64,000 nucleotides of DNA, from assembly GCA_013265495.1 (NCBI GenBank), contig MU058781.1:10893009-10957008 (forward strand), in the 5' to 3' direction. A program made the translations under genes and the position numbers. The first letter of the stretch is position 1, and the number at the start of each line of letters is the position of its first letter. The notes below the pieces were generated by a model. That model had not been told where the DNA came from and did not search any database. It saw only the letters and a list, made by a program, of their open reading frames with translations. This document shows positions 38,526-52,135 of the stretch, piece after piece. Source of the stretch: Vicugna vicugna (taxonomy: Eukaryota).

Positions 38526-39570
38526 CTACAACAGTCAGTGAACTCAGCTTTGACTAGTCATCCATTTACCACTTCTAGGAATTCTCTTGTATCTATATCA
38601 TAGCCTGAACGATACCCACTGTATATATATAGATAAATAGAGATTTCAATATAATATTATATAAGATATATATTACATATGTTATATATTACATAATTAG
38701 AATTAATTATATGCAGTTAATTGCATGCATATTTAATTAATGTAATTACCTGTAATATATAAATATATCATATAAACAAAATAATTACATTATTACATTG
38801 AGCTAACTATTATTGCCTCTGGAAAGCTTTTCTTTTTCTTTGTCTTAAAGAGAAAAAAAGTATTAGAGAGATGTTAAAGATCAAACTGAGACTTAATCTT
38901 TTACACATTCAGAAGAATTGAAAGAGAACAGAAAAGAGAATCACTTTCTTGCTATGTGAATTTTTGTTGTCTAATATTGTCTTCTTGCACTACCTGAAGT
39001 CATCACACCAAACACCAATGATAGGTGGTAAATATAGAATTCTGATGCATACTCAAGACCAAGTCAGACACATTGGGAATTAAGGGCAGGGGAAGGAGGG
39101 AAACAAACTCTTTCAGATCTAAAGTAGAATGGTGTGGTCCAGAATGGAAGCTTTCTAGGTATTTAGCAGAGACAGAGCAGCATGTTTGGGGATAATCATG
39201 GTAGACTGAGAAAACAGGTGAGGTTTGAGCTAAAGGTTTTAGAATATAAAGCTAGAAAAGAGGGTGAAGGTATTAAACATGAGGAGAAGCATAAGTGAAA
39301 TTACAGAAAAGAGAATAGTCACAAGATGCTAAAAGGACACCTGCCTTACAAGATCAGAAGAGACTGGTGTGGCATACTGAGGAGAAGAAACAGGTAGGAT
39401 CACTAATACGCTGTGAAATTATAGAGGATATACGATCAAGATTTAAATGTGACATGGTAGCTTTTAGAAATCCAACGAGGTTTATTAGCACACTGAACTT
39501 CAGAAACATTCTTTCACTTAATCCTCACAATTGCCCTGTGGGGAAGGCATGAATATCAAGCTTTTATTTA

Positions 39571-40053
39571 CAGGCATATCTCATTTAATTGTGCTTTGCT
39601 TTATAGTGCTTCACAGATGTTGTTTTTTACAAATCGAAAGTTTGTAGCAACTCTGTGTTGAGCAAGTCTATCGATACCATTTTTCCTAACGGCATCTGCT
39701 CACTTCATGTCTCTGTCACATTTTGGTAATTCTTGCAATATTTCAAACTTTTTTGTTATAATTACATTTGTTATGGTGATCTGTGATCTTTGATGTTACT
39801 ACTATGATTTGCTGAAGGCTCAGATGATGGTCACCATTTTTTAGCAATAATGTATTTTTTAATTAAGGTATATATAGTGTGTGTGTATGTGTGTTTTTTT
39901 TTTAACACAATGGTATTGCAGACCACATGGTAGTGTAAACATAACTTTTATATGCACTGGGACACCAAACAATTCATCTGACTTTCTTTATTGCAATATT
40001 CCCTTTTTTGCAGCGGTCTAGAACTGAACCCACAATATCTCGAGGTATGCCTG
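39571..40053 (+). mobile_element. Tigger1 internal-deletion derivative (TcMar-Tigger, non-autonomous)
   Basis: TIRs caggcatatctc ... gaggtatgcctg with TA duplications at 39569-70 and 40054-55. Both Tigger1 ends present; transposase absent. Confidence 0.92.
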
Positions 40054-40072
40054 TACAAGAAATCAAACTTAG

Positions 40073-40700
40073 TGTAGCAGACAGAATAGCAGGCTCCAAA
40101 GATGTCCATATCCTAATCCCTGGAACCTGTGGTTATGTTACATTACATGGTAATGCACTTTGTAGTTACATTTACTGTGCAAATGTAATTAAGGTGATAG
40201 ACCTCAAAGTAGAGAGATTATCCTCAGTTATCCCCAATCTAATCATCTGAGTCCTTAAAAGCAGACAATTTTCTCTGGCTAGAAGGAGAAAAGTTGTGGC
40301 AAAACAGGAAGTCAAAGAGATTTCAAGCATGAGAAGGATCTGATGCACCACTGCTGGCTTTGAGGTGTAGGGCTTTGCATGCAAGGACCAGAGAGAGGCC
40401 CTTAAGAGTTAAGGGCACCCCCAGCTAACAGCCAGCAAGGAAATAGGACCTCAGTCCTACAACCATAAGGAACAAGATTCTACCAACAACGTGAATAGGC
40501 GTGGAAACTGATTCTTCCCAGAATCTGCCAATAATAGTTCAATCAGCAGTTTGCTTTTAAATTTGTTAGACCTGAAGCAGAGAAACCAGCTGAGCTGGAC
40601 GAACCAGGCCTACAGACAGAACTGTGAGATAATAAACCAGTGTTGCTTTAAGCCACTAAGCGTTTAGTGTTCGTTACAGCAGCAATAGGAACCTGATACA
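40073..40700 (+). mobile_element. Full-length MaLR solo LTR (MLT1D/E-like)
   Basis: tgtagcagacagaat...aaagatgtccatatcctaatccctggaacctgtg...tgtgagataataaa...aggaacctgataca. TSD cttag / tttag (4/5). Confidence 0.9.
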
Positions 40701-41269
40701 TTTAGGTTACACAACCTGCCCAAGGTCATAGAGCTGATAAAGGACCAATCTGTAACCCAAACTCAGGTACATCAAACTCCAAAATTCACATCTTTAATTG
40801 TTATGCTATCACATTTCTAGCTGAACAAAATCACAAAAAGCGGTATTTAAGACAACAGAAGCCAATGCGCCACCATGTTTGGAAAGCTGTCTGGAAAAGT
40901 TGGGAGTCAAATGAGAAGGACTCAAGCTGACATATTGCACTCCTCAGAGCAAAAGCCTCTTTTCGCTCTTTTGTGTCTTTCCTTTGTAAGTACAGAAACA
41001 CCAAAAAAAGTGAGCTTCTTCTACTTTCCAATTTCTCAAGGGAATTTTGAAAATTATAAACTTAATTTGAGAGTGTCGGAGTCCACTTGAACTTCAGGGA
41101 GGAACGATGATACTTGCTAATTTTCACTTCAAGAGCAGGCAGATGTGGAAGAGTTGAGAGCTATTATCCTTAGAATAAAAATGAAATTTATCTTGTAGAG
41201 CTACAGTAATAGCAGTGGCTAAATAAAAACTCACAAATGACAGTAATATAACTAAAAAAAAATGTTAAG

Positions 41270-41475
41270 CCCATGAATGCTTTATCATTGAGAAATTATT
41301 TCAAATATATTTAATGCAATTTACAATTATTCTATGAACTAGATAGTATTATCCTAGATTTGCTACTAAGAAAAAAAAATGAAACTCAAAACTGTTAAGT
41401 GGCTTGTCCAAAGTCACAGTATGGGACTTAAATCAAGGTTCTTAACCTCTAGACCTCATACTATTTGCATGGCAT
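41270..41475 (-). mobile_element. MIR SINE fragment
   Basis: 'gttaagtggcttgtccaaagtcacag...gggacttaaatcaagg'. Confidence 0.65.
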
Positions 41476-42482
41476 CAACTTGTAGCACTGAGGAAAAGAA
41501 AATATGATTATTAAATGACTTCATAGCGTTGTCTTCTAAATCAGCTGAATCTTCATGAGGGAAGAGGTTGTATACAGATAAACCTGTCATCAATATGCAA
41601 CATGAACTTGGCCCAAACTGGCCTCATTCTATGTGCACAACAGGGTGAGACGCTGTGGGGGCATCCCTCATTTCTCAGTGTTATTTATAAATCCAGATCA
41701 CAATACAATTTCAGGTTTAGTATCCAATTCTCTTTTAAAAATTCTGAAAACAAAAGTGCATTTTAATAGGGAAACATTATATTATATTAGCAAATAAAAA
41801 CAGTGGGGAAAGAAGCAGGAGGAATTGGGAATGACTTTCTTTTTTAAAATCCTGGTCCTCCTCCAACCTTGCACTCATCTGAACAGAGCCAGCACCTCCT
41901 CAGGGACTGTGGCTCTGAAGTGGATGGCAGGCACACATGTCCAACTAAGATCACTGGGAGCAGCTGTTCAGCCGACTGTGTTTATCCTTTCCTGGGGCTC
42001 CTTGCTCAGGGTAGGAAATGGTGTGGACAGATGAAAAAGTGCTGCCCTGGCACTTCTGAAATGTGCTGAATTGCACTAGATAAAAAGCAGCTGAACTGTT
42101 GGAGTCAACTCTCCAGAGAAAATGGAACTCTCAGTCAGCCCTGGAAAATGGAGAGCATTGTAAAAGCCAGGCGAGAGGAACCCTCCTGACCAAACAAACA
42201 GCAACATTTGATATATACGTTCTGCGGACGTTTGCTAAAAAGAAATGGAATAATTTCCTATCATACTGTTGCTATCTCAGCAACTAACAGGAAGAGAACT
42301 ACAGTGATGGAGGTTTCTAGAAAACAGAATTGGGTAGGATGCATTGTTAAGGGGGCAGATGACAGAGCAGGGTCACAGCCTGGAGGAGAAAAGGGTAAGA
42401 CGAAAAGAGTTATTCCGAGCTTGTTAGCCTATCCCAGGCCATCCGCCCTTTCCTATTCTTTCCTGTGAATGGCTCCCTGAAT

Positions 42483-43023
42483 CAGCTGTCCTCAAACTTT
42501 TTGTCCCAGGCTACATTTAAGCTCTTAAAAATCACTGAGGACCTGCAAAAAACTTTGTTTTACGTGGGTTATACCAATTTACATTTAACATTAGAAATTA
42601 TAATATTTATTAGTTTATTTAAATTAACATATTTATTAATTTAAAAATAACAACTCTAAACCCATTATATGTTAATTTAAAAGCATTTTTTTTAAAAAAA
42701 CTGTATTTTCCTTAAAAAAATAGCAAGAAGAGTATCAATGGTTTACATTTTTGCAAGTCTCTCTAGCATTTAGCATAATAGAAGACAGCAGGATTCTAAT
42801 ATCTGCCGCTTCATTCAGTCTGTCCCAATGTCATATGTCATGTAGCCTCTGGAAACTCCATGGTATACTCATGAGATGCTCCACTGTATACTCATTAGAT
42901 GATAAGGATCATGACTAAAAATAATGTCTTAGCATTATTATTAGAATAGTTTTGATCTCATGCACTCCTGAAAGAGTTGTTGGAACCCCCAGGTGTTCCT
43001 AGACTATGCTCTGAGAATCACCG
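42483..43023. mobile_element. MER119-like hAT-Charlie DNA transposon
   Basis: 'cagctgtcctcaaactttttg...ctcttaaaaatcactgaggacc...gtgggttata' through 'gaatagttttgatctcatg...ctctgagaatcaccg'. Confidence 0.8.
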
Positions 43024-43934
43024 TCTTATATTTCAGCCTTTTTTCTCATTTTGGAATCACAGCTTGGTTCATTCATGAGTCCTTTCTGGACCTACAGAAT
43101 CACTTGTACATTATTAGAGTTCCAGGAAGTTATAGCTAGAAAGAACTTGGTAATCTAGTCCAGCTTTTTCATTGATTAAATAAACTGTTTTTCTACCACG
43201 TGTCATGTGCTGTTCTAGCACTAGAAAAACTGCAATGAATAAAGAGAGAGTTAAGGAGCTTAAACATTTGAAACAGAGGGAATCTGAAAATAAATAAACA
43301 ACAAAAAAAAATCAAGATAACCTCAAATGCTCTAACTGCTCTAGAGTAACAACTGCTCTAACTGTAACAAAAAGTCAAGGTAACTGAGTTACTCTTGCAA
43401 TTGGAGTTGTGCAGAGAGATTTGATGATTTGCTCAAGGTCATGCATAGTTAATATGTTAAGAATCAATAACAGAACATAGGGCACAAAAAAGTGAAGTTG
43501 ATAATTATTTGGGATATTGGATGGTGCAGACAGCTCTTCTAATTTTAGAAAATTATCAAAGGTAATTTTTATTGATGTTTTGCTCTAATTATTTCACTTG
43601 ACTTTTCTCAAAGGACTTGGTCACCAGGCAATTGACCCACAGTTATTTCAAGTTGCCTAAAATCCTTTGTGAAGATGAAAACCAGGATAGAAAGAAATAC
43701 TTTAAATTTTCAATATTATATTTGAATCATGTCACAGAATATAGGTCATATAACATTGACCTATATGCCCACAAAATCACCCCCAGAAAATAGAGTTTGT
43801 TATACAATAATAATTGGCCCAAAAAGAGAATTAAATGTGGGCGTGTCCCACAATTACTCCCATTTGTATATTCCTACCTCCTGCAGCAATCCTAGGTCCA
43901 ACCCTGACCACTCTCTATGTGTATGTATTCTTTA

Positions 43935-44600
43935 ATCTTTTATGATAGTATAACACTCATACAGAAAATTGCAGAGATGGCTCAATGAATTTTCCTAAAC
44001 CAGAAACTCCCATGTAACGAGCACTTAGATTATGAAGCAGAATCCTATTACCCCCCAAAGCTCCTTTTGTATTTTCTTTCAGAAATATCACTCACCAATG
44101 GTAAACAGTATTCTGGCTTCTAACAGCAAAGATTGCCTCTTTTGTACTTGGTATAATTGGAATCATACAGTATGAACTCTTGTGTTGGGTTTCTTGAGCT
44201 CAGCATTTTGTTAGTGACATTCATTCATATTGTTGCATGATTATAGATCATTTATTTTCATTTTTATAAACACATATCTCATATGAATATGCCACAATTT
44301 ATTCATCCAGATGGACATGTGGATAGCTTCCAGTATGGGGTTATTATGAATAGCCCTACTATGGACACTCAATTCATGTATTTTAGTAGACATATATATG
44401 TGTATATGTCTATGTGTATATGTCTATGTGTATATGTGTTTTATATATACTAACTATTTTTCTTAAAATATATTAATATATTTTTAAAATTTTGGTCATA
44501 AAATATACTTATGTTCATCCTTACTAAATAATGCCAAACAGTTTCCAAAGTGGTTATTTCAATTTATACTTTCAGCAGCAGAATATGAGACTTCCAGAAA
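43935..44600 (-). mobile_element. Old L1 3' end (L1MC/ME-like) containing a 14-bp tandem repeat
   Basis: 'ggaatcatacagtatg...gatggacatgtggatagcttccagtatggggttattatgaatag...aatgccaaacagtttccaaagtggtt'; (tatgtgtatatgtc)x3 at 44397-44438. Confidence 0.85.
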
Positions 44601-44967
44601 AATTTCTCCCTTTTTACGTTAAAATTGGAGAGGCTTGTCTACTATTTTCTCAGGGACACATTCTCTACTATTGAATTTCATATGCAACTCAAGGATTAAC
44701 GGCTATGATACCCACCATTCTAGGGATACTCCTAATACGGAGTCATTGGATCTGTCATGTCTTAACCAAAAAGGTTCTTAAATAACAAGACATCAGAGAT
44801 TAATCAACAAGCCAGTAGTAAAAGAAGGTCTTAAGGTTCTAGTTCCCAAATCACATGGTTAGATCACCTATCACTCTGTAACAAAGGTAAGCCTGGTTCA
44901 GATATGTGGTACTAGGACAGAGCCTTCGCGCTACAGCCACTCAGTCTAGCCTGGAGCCCTGTATTCA

Positions 44968-45100
44968 GGTAGTCCTCAGACCAACACCACTCACATCATC
45001 TGAGCACATGCTAACAATACAGAATCTCAGCGTGCTGCCCCAGACCCACTGAATAACAATCTTCATTTAGCAAGATTCTCTTTACAATTTGAGATGCACT
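44968..45100. mobile_element. MER5-like fragment
   Basis: 'aatacagaatctcag...ccccagacccactgaat...tcttcatttagcaagat...tttgagatgcacta'. Confidence 0.55.
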
Positions 45101-45348
45101 ACCATAGAGTTGTACTAAAAGGAAGAGCCTCAGATGCCAAATTTCATCGATTATGAATTAGCAGAGCTTGTGGGGCAATTCAGAGCCTAGGTACCGAGAC
45201 CTACAAAAGTCAGTCAGCCATTTTTTTCCTTCTATCTGGAATAAGGCCTTAGTGCCCATATAGAAGACCAGTGTTTATCAGGAGAGCAGACATGCAACCA
45301 TGTTTAATACAATGTTGTTGCAGTTGTTGACAAGATTTATAGCAAATA

Positions 45349-45864
45349 TGACAGAACTACAAAAAAAGAAAATGGCTCCCAGTAATCCCCAGCTCCTGGT
45401 ATTCACACTCTTGTGTAATCCCCTACTTTGAATGTGAGTTGGATCTAGTGACTTGCTTGTAATGAATATCATAGCAAAAGTGATAGGACATCAACTCTGA
45501 AATTAGCTTATAAATAACTATAACTTCCATCTTGCTGGTATTCTCTGTGTAGCCTTTTTGTATGTGTGCTTTGATGGACAGGACCATCGGAGAGTGGCAT
45601 CTGACCAACCACCACCAAGGAACTGAATTTTCTCAATTATTACTAAATGCACTTAGAAGAGAATCTTGCCCTAGTAGAATCTTGAGATGGTCGCAGCCCC
45701 AAGCAACACCTTGATTTCAGTCGTGAAAAAATTCTGAAGGCCAGTACCTAGTTAAGCTGTGCCTGGAATTCTGACCCACACAAGCTGTGAGGTTATAAAT
45801 TTGTGTTGTTTTAAATCACTAAGTTTTGAAATAATTTGTTATACAGCAATAGACAATTAACACA
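45349..45864 (+). mobile_element. MaLR LTR (MLT1F-like)
   Basis: 'cctggtattcacactcttgtgtaatcccct...ggatctagtgacttgctt...ataaatttgtgttgttttaaatcactaagttttg...atacagcaatagacaattaacaca'. Confidence 0.85.
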
Positions 45865-46420
45865 CACAGTAACCACAAACAAGTCAAGAAGTAGAACATG
45901 GGCAGCACCCTCAGAAGCCCCATCTTTGTCCCTTTCCAATGACAAATTCCTCCATACCCATCAGAGATTATCACCACTTTCATTTATGAGACAATCACTT
46001 CCTCGCTTTTCTGCATAGTCCTACTACTATTTATGAATGTATCACTAAATGATATGGTTTGGCTGAGTTTGGGGACTTTATATAAGTGAAATATTATTAC
46101 TCTATTATTCTTTTCAGTCTTGTTTCTTTTGGTCCACATTATATTTACAAGATAAATCCAAGTTGTTGTGTACACCTGAGATTTATTCATGTCCATTGCT
46201 CTATATTTCTGTAAGAAAATAACATAACTTCTTACCCATTCTACTTTTGATGACCATTCAGATTGTTTTCAATCTGGGCTAGTACAACAATGATCTGTCA
46301 AGACTGATGTACGTGTACATGTATTCTGAAGCACATGTGCACACATCTAGTTATCTGTGAAATCAGCCAGATTACAGAATGTACTCATCTTCCCGGTATT
46401 ACAAAATGCCAGAAGGCTTT
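45865..46420 (-). mobile_element. Old L1 3' end
   Basis: 'cacattatatttacaagataaatccaagttgttgtg...cccattctacttttgatgaccattcagattgttttcaa'. Confidence 0.75.
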
Positions 46421-47269
46421 GTTTGCTGAAGGGATAGTACCCAAGCCATAGTGAATTTAGAGGGAGAAAGGAAAAAAAGAGGAAAAGAATGGTAGGAGTT
46501 ATTCATTTATGTTTTCTGGTAATGAAACTCTGTATGGTTAAAAAAAAATCCCGTTTGGATGTTGTGTGTGTGTGTGTGTATGGGTGTGTGTATTGTTAGT
46601 TGTTTTCTTTTTTAGCTGCCTACTATTATTAGGCCTCCAAATGACAGCAGTTCCTCCTATAACTGGTCCACTCCCATGTGTTTAGGAATTCAAGTCTATT
46701 GGAGTTTACTGAATTTATTTCTTAGTTATGATCTCTTGATGTACATACTATTCAAACCCAAGACAGAAAAGCATATATTCTCTAATCTGTTCATATTTTT
46801 ACCAGCTCTAACTAAGATTTACACAGGCACCATGCTTTAGGGTCTGTCCAAAATTTGAGAAGACTGCCTTCTCTGTGTTTATTCATACTTAAATTTCTTT
46901 AATTGTAATGAAATAGAAATTTTAGGACACTGTGAAAGAGACCTACCAAAGAGTTTGAGATGTCTTCTCAGTTTCTATCAAACATGCCCAGATAATACTT
47001 TCTTTTCTGCTCATTACCAGTAGTTGAGAAAATGCAGTCCAAGCAATCCAGATCTCTAAACTGGCCCAAGAGAGGGAGATGCTGCAAAAAATTTCAATGT
47101 GCAGGAAACATTGTTGCTCCAGGAAAATTGAGGGTGTGCTCTCACTCTGTTTTATAACCTTTCCCATGGCAGAAATAGACAGCTCTATACATAGCCCCAT
47201 CCAGTGTTTGATCCCATTAGACTTCTTGTAGGTGAATCTCAATAACATTGAGACAAAAGGACCTTCTTT

Positions 47270-47465
47270 TCAGTTGGGGTAAATAAGCTAAATACTAAGC
47301 CACTTTAACAAAAAGACCCCAAAATTTAACAGCTTTAAAAATAGAATTATTTTTACTCATACAAAGATGAAGAATTTTAGTTGGTAGGGTGGCTCTGCTT
47401 CAGATGGTCATTCAAGGATATAGATTGCTTCACTATTCCAGACTGTTGTCTATTTCTGCATACTT
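47270..47465 (-). mobile_element. Partial MaLR LTR (older MLT1)
   Basis: 'taacaaaaagaccccaaaatttaacagctttaaa...tatttttactcatac...ggtcattcaagga'. Confidence 0.55.
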
Positions 47466-47481
47466 AAAATTGGATTGTAGG

Positions 47482-47862
47482 TGATCCAGCAATCCCACTT
47501 CTGGGCACATATCTGGAGAAGACAAAAACTCTAATTCCAAAATGATACATGTACCCCAATATTCACAGCAGCACTATTTACAATACCCAAATGTCCACTG
47601 ACAGATTAATGGATAAAGAAGATGTGGTTTATATATACAATAGAATATTACTCAGCCATAAAAAGAATGAAATGATGCCATTTGTGGTAACATACATGGA
47701 CCTAGAAATTATCATACTAAGTGAAGTAAGTCAGACAGATCAAATATCATACAATATCACTTACATGTAGAACCAAAAAAAATGATACAAATTAACTATT
47801 TGCAAAACAGAAATAGACTCACAGACATATAAAAAATCTTATGGTTACCAGAGAGGAAAGGG
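47482..47862 (+). mobile_element. L1 ORF2 C-terminus and partial 3' UTR (artiodactyl-type)
   Basis: 'tgatccagcaatcccacttctgggcacatatctgg...ggacctagaaattatcatactaagtgaagtaagtcagacaga...aaacagaaatagactcacagacat'. No polyA tail. Confidence 0.9.
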
Positions 47863-47889
47863 GATTTCTATGTTTTACATGAAGGGGTA

Positions 47890-49726
47890 AAAAACTAAAC
47901 ATTTAATGAAGAAATTATATCAATTCTACAATATCATCCAGAAAATAGAAGAGGAACAACTTTTCTCAACTCATTTTACGAGACCTGCATTATTCTAATA
48001 CCAAAGACAGATAGATTATAAGAAAACTCGAGAGCAATATCCCTCGTGAATATAGACACAATAATCCTCAAGAAGACATTAGCAAATCAAAATCCAGCAT
48101 TATATTAAAAATGACTACATCACAACCAAGTGGGATTCATCTAAAGAAGGAAAGGCTGGTTCAGCATTCACAAATCAGTCAATATAACTTACCATATTAG
48201 CAGACTGAGAAAAATTGTATTAGCATCTCTCTCAATAGATGCAGAAAAACATTGATAAAATTCAACATCCCTTTATGATAAAAACTATTACCAAATTATA
48301 AATAAAAGAGAACTTAGTAAAGGATATTTACAAAAAAAAATACAGTTAACATCATACTTAATGATGAAAGACTAAATGCTTTCCACCTAAGATCTAGAAA
48401 AAGGCAAAGATGTCCTCTCTCATCACTGTTATTCAACATCATACTATAAGTCCTAGCCAGTACAATAAAATAATGAAAAGAAATAAAAGGCATACAGATT
48501 AGAAAGAAAGAAATAAAACTGTCTTTATTCACAGACATGACTGTGTATGTAAAAGATTCAAAATAGTCTTCAAACTAGCTCCTTGGTCAAATTAGTGAAT
48601 ATTGCAAGATAGCAGGATACTAGGTCAATTTACAAAAGTTTATTATATTCCTATATGTCAGTAATAAATAATTGGAATTTGAATTATTTTAAAAAAACAT
48701 TTAAAACAGCACTCAAAAAATGAAGCTTAGGTATAAATCCAACAAAACGTGTAGGATCTGTATGCTGAAAACTACCAAACATGGGTAAAAAATAAAGAAG
48801 ATCTAAATAAAAGGAGAGATAATGTTCATGGATTGAAAAATTTGGTATTATTAAGATGTCAATGGCCCCCATTTGGTGTATAGATCTAATGCAATCTCAA
48901 TCTACATCAGCTAACTTTTTGCAAATATTGGCAAACTGACTTCAAAATTTACACTGGAGTCAAAGGAACTCAAATACCAAAAACGATTTTGAAAATATGA
49001 ATAAATTAAAAGACTCATAACATCCTACTCCAAGCCACAGTAATCAAAGCAGTGTGGTTTTGGTGAAAGAAGAAATAAATCAATCAATGGGACAGAATAG
49101 AGAGTCTCAACCATGAAATCCAAAATTACAGTGAATCGATTTTTGACCCAGCTGCAAAGGCAATTAAATGAAGAGGACAGTGTTTTCAAAAATGCTGCCA
49201 GAACAACTGGATATCCATTTTCAAAACAAGAGTCTCAACCTAAGCCTCATCTGTTTTACAGAATTAATTTAAAAATAGATTATAGGCCTAAATGCAAAGT
49301 CCTGAAATTATAAATCTTTTAGAAGAAATTATGGGAGAAAATCTGTGTAACTTCAGGTTAGTAAAAGACCTTATATTTGACAGCAAAGGCATGATCTATG
49401 AAAGAAAAAATGATCTCATCAAAATTCAAAAATTTTACTCTGTGAAAGATGTTGTTCAGAGAATTTTTTGTAAAGTAATAGACTGGGAGGACATATTTGC
49501 CAATTACATATCTGGCAAAGGAATTGTATCAAGGGTTTAAGGGTCAAGGGAGAGTATAACTACAAAAGGACAACAGAAGAGAGTTTTTTAGGGTAATGGC
49601 ACTAGTATTCTCTATCTTGATTATGGTGGTAGTTACACAACTGTGTGTATTTGTCAAAACTCACTGACTTACATCAAAGGGAGTGAACTTTAGTGTATGT
49701 AAATTAAAAAATAAAGAAGAAAAAAA
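47890..49726 (+). mobile_element. Old L1 (L1M) ORF2 relic joined to a 3' UTR end
   Basis: Decayed RT region ('caatagatgcagaaaaacattgataaaattcaacatcc', 'aaactgtctttattcacagacatga') with many stops and indels; jumps to 3' UTR at ~49540 and ends in an A-rich tail. Confidence 0.9.
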
Positions 49727-51824
49727 TGATGTGAGTTGACAGTATTTACTGTTTCAACCATATGGATATGCACCATTTGAACAACAGCTCTGAATAAGAC
49801 CAATACTCCTGAGAAAAGAATTTAAATAGTCAAATAAACCATGTCCTTAAGTCTGTTATCTATTTGGGGAAATGCATGATTTCTTAGTTGGCTTGTCTTA
49901 TCTCTTTGGGGCTGTGGCACTTCTGGAAGAAATTCTGGAAATGAACAGAGTTTGTCTCCAGAGAAAGATAAAGTACTACCTCAAGAAACATCCCATGGGG
50001 TGATAACCCCCCAAGCAGAACCAATGGCATTGACAGGAAACTAAGGTTAAAATTTCTAAAGGGTTCACAGAGCCCATGTTGACTAAAAAATAAACATGTC
50101 TTGTCCCCAGTTATCCAGAGATAGATTGCATGGCTCTTCACTTCTCAGAGAAAATGGGAGCTGCTAAGGAGAAATGGAACCTCATCTATCTTTTAATCTT
50201 CACTCCCTGCCGTTCACACTTGTCTCTTGCAGACCAGAACCTCTGGAGATATTTGCTCTCAGTAGTCTGACCTCATAAGGTTGAGTGTGAGGGTAAATTT
50301 TGCAAATGTAGAGGGTTAAATCTCAAGCAGCACTGTGCATCAATACAGCCATTTTTAGAGCCTTAAAGTTCCCTGATTAGGAAAGCAGCATTTAGGGAAA
50401 CAACTGCATACTACACTCTGCTCCTCCCACCTCACCCCACTGGCTTTCTTCCCTCTGCACAGCATCCTTCTGCTCTCAACCCTCCCTAACACCCTCCAGT
50501 TTAGGAAGACTTGTATACATCAGTGTTCATTTAAATCTATTTATTACTATCCCAAAGGCACATGCATGTTAAAATCTCATCCAATTAAGAGATGGCAGAT
50601 ACATGAAACCTGTTAAACAACTAAGCTGGTGAGAGAAGTTTAAAAAGTTTGTGAATGTGTGTGTGGGTATCGGGGATGCTTATAAACAACTCCACATGGG
50701 CAATTTTGCTTAAGAATGAGGACAGTTTCGTTGATTCACACCGTTAAATACTCTTTATTCAAGTAGCAGAAAGTTTCAAACGTCAGAGAATTTCCCAGCC
50801 AGGCAATAGCTGTTTGGGAAGCAATTTGCCAGATGTCTAGGAGAGTTAACTCACTCTAGGTGCCTATGCAATCAGGCCCCTAGTTAACAGCTTCAGAGCC
50901 ATTAAAATCTCAGTATTAGTTGTCTGGTGCAATATCCTTTATCCAGAAATGGTCCCTGCATGACATTAGAGAGGAAAACAACAAGCGTCCTGGCACACAG
51001 TGCTAATGAATTCAAATCTTATCTCCAATTGTAAAGCCTCTAAATGGGAGAAATGGTTCCCCATGATAAGTGGGCCATTAATATATGTTTACTGCAATTA
51101 GTGGACAGAATGTCTTTTCATTAAAAACAAACTTGTAAAAAATCACTCAGCAAATGAGTAAAGGCTAAGGATGTTGTGATTCCTTAGAACTTTAAAGAAC
51201 AGGATTAGGTCTCTGGAATGTCACAGAGCCTACTCGGCCCAATCTTTTTCCAAAGAGCGAAATAAATAAATAAAAGCAAAATATTCACCATATGGGAAAA
51301 AAAATTACTAAGGAGACATATGACAAGGATCAGCGTTGGAAGGGATCGCATATTTTAATTATGTATACAAATGACTTGGTACTGAGGACAAGATTTGCGG
51401 ATTACATTAAACAGGAAGGGAGGCACAGCACAGTAAATAATAAAGTACCCAAATGCCAAGCGGCAGCCAAGGATTTACATTACTATGTGTTATATGTGGG
51501 CTTAGAAGATGGAAAATGCAGATAAGTGTAAATAAATGTCAAATAATGTGCCCAGTGGCCAAGAAATATAGAAAGTGAATATGGGACCAGGGGAGCAGTG
51601 TCGCAGCATAATGATCAGGAGGGGAACCAAACACAGGCATATCACCCCCAAAACAAGCTTCTAAGAAAGCCAGAAATGTTTCCATGCAAACTAGGATGGA
51701 AGGGAAAAATCTACTGTACTTTGTACACAAACATCCACCTAATACCTTCCAAGTACAAAGGCACTGGCTTCTCCATCTAATCCATCTGTCATTTCCAGGT
51801 ACCATTTATCTGGTATTTAAAAGG

Positions 51825-52135
51825 AGCATGGGGTTATGGGGCTGGTTTTACTTAATTCTATTTCTGTCACTAGCCAGCTGGTAGACCTTGGTCATGTCCC
51901 TTCATATCTCTAGGCCTCAATTTTCTCTTCTATAAAATGATGAGATAAGCTGAGTGCTATCCCTCATATTTATTAGAGGACCTCCTAGCCAACTTTTATG
52001 ACAAACAGTCACGGAGAGCTTTGTCAGGGTTGAGGCCTCCCTTTGTTGCGGTGGTCCCAGTATATGCCAGTGCCTGAGCATCTTGGATACCCAGCACACT
52101 AGGGAAACATTTATTACACGTTGAATGAATGCTTC
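51825..52135 (+). mobile_element. MIR fragment followed by an L2 3' end
   Basis: 'gaccttggtcatgtcc...ggcctcaattttctcttctataaaatga', then 'ccagtgcctgagca...gttgaatgaatg'. Confidence 0.65.

Larger units (their letters stand above)
39480..40808 (-). mobile_element. MIR SINE split into three pieces by Tigger1 and MLT1 insertions
   Basis: Pieces 39480-39570 ('tcacttaatcctcacaattgccctgtg'), 40056-40072 and 40706-40808 ('acctgcccaaggtcatagagctga') are collinear with an antisense MIR. Confidence 0.7.
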
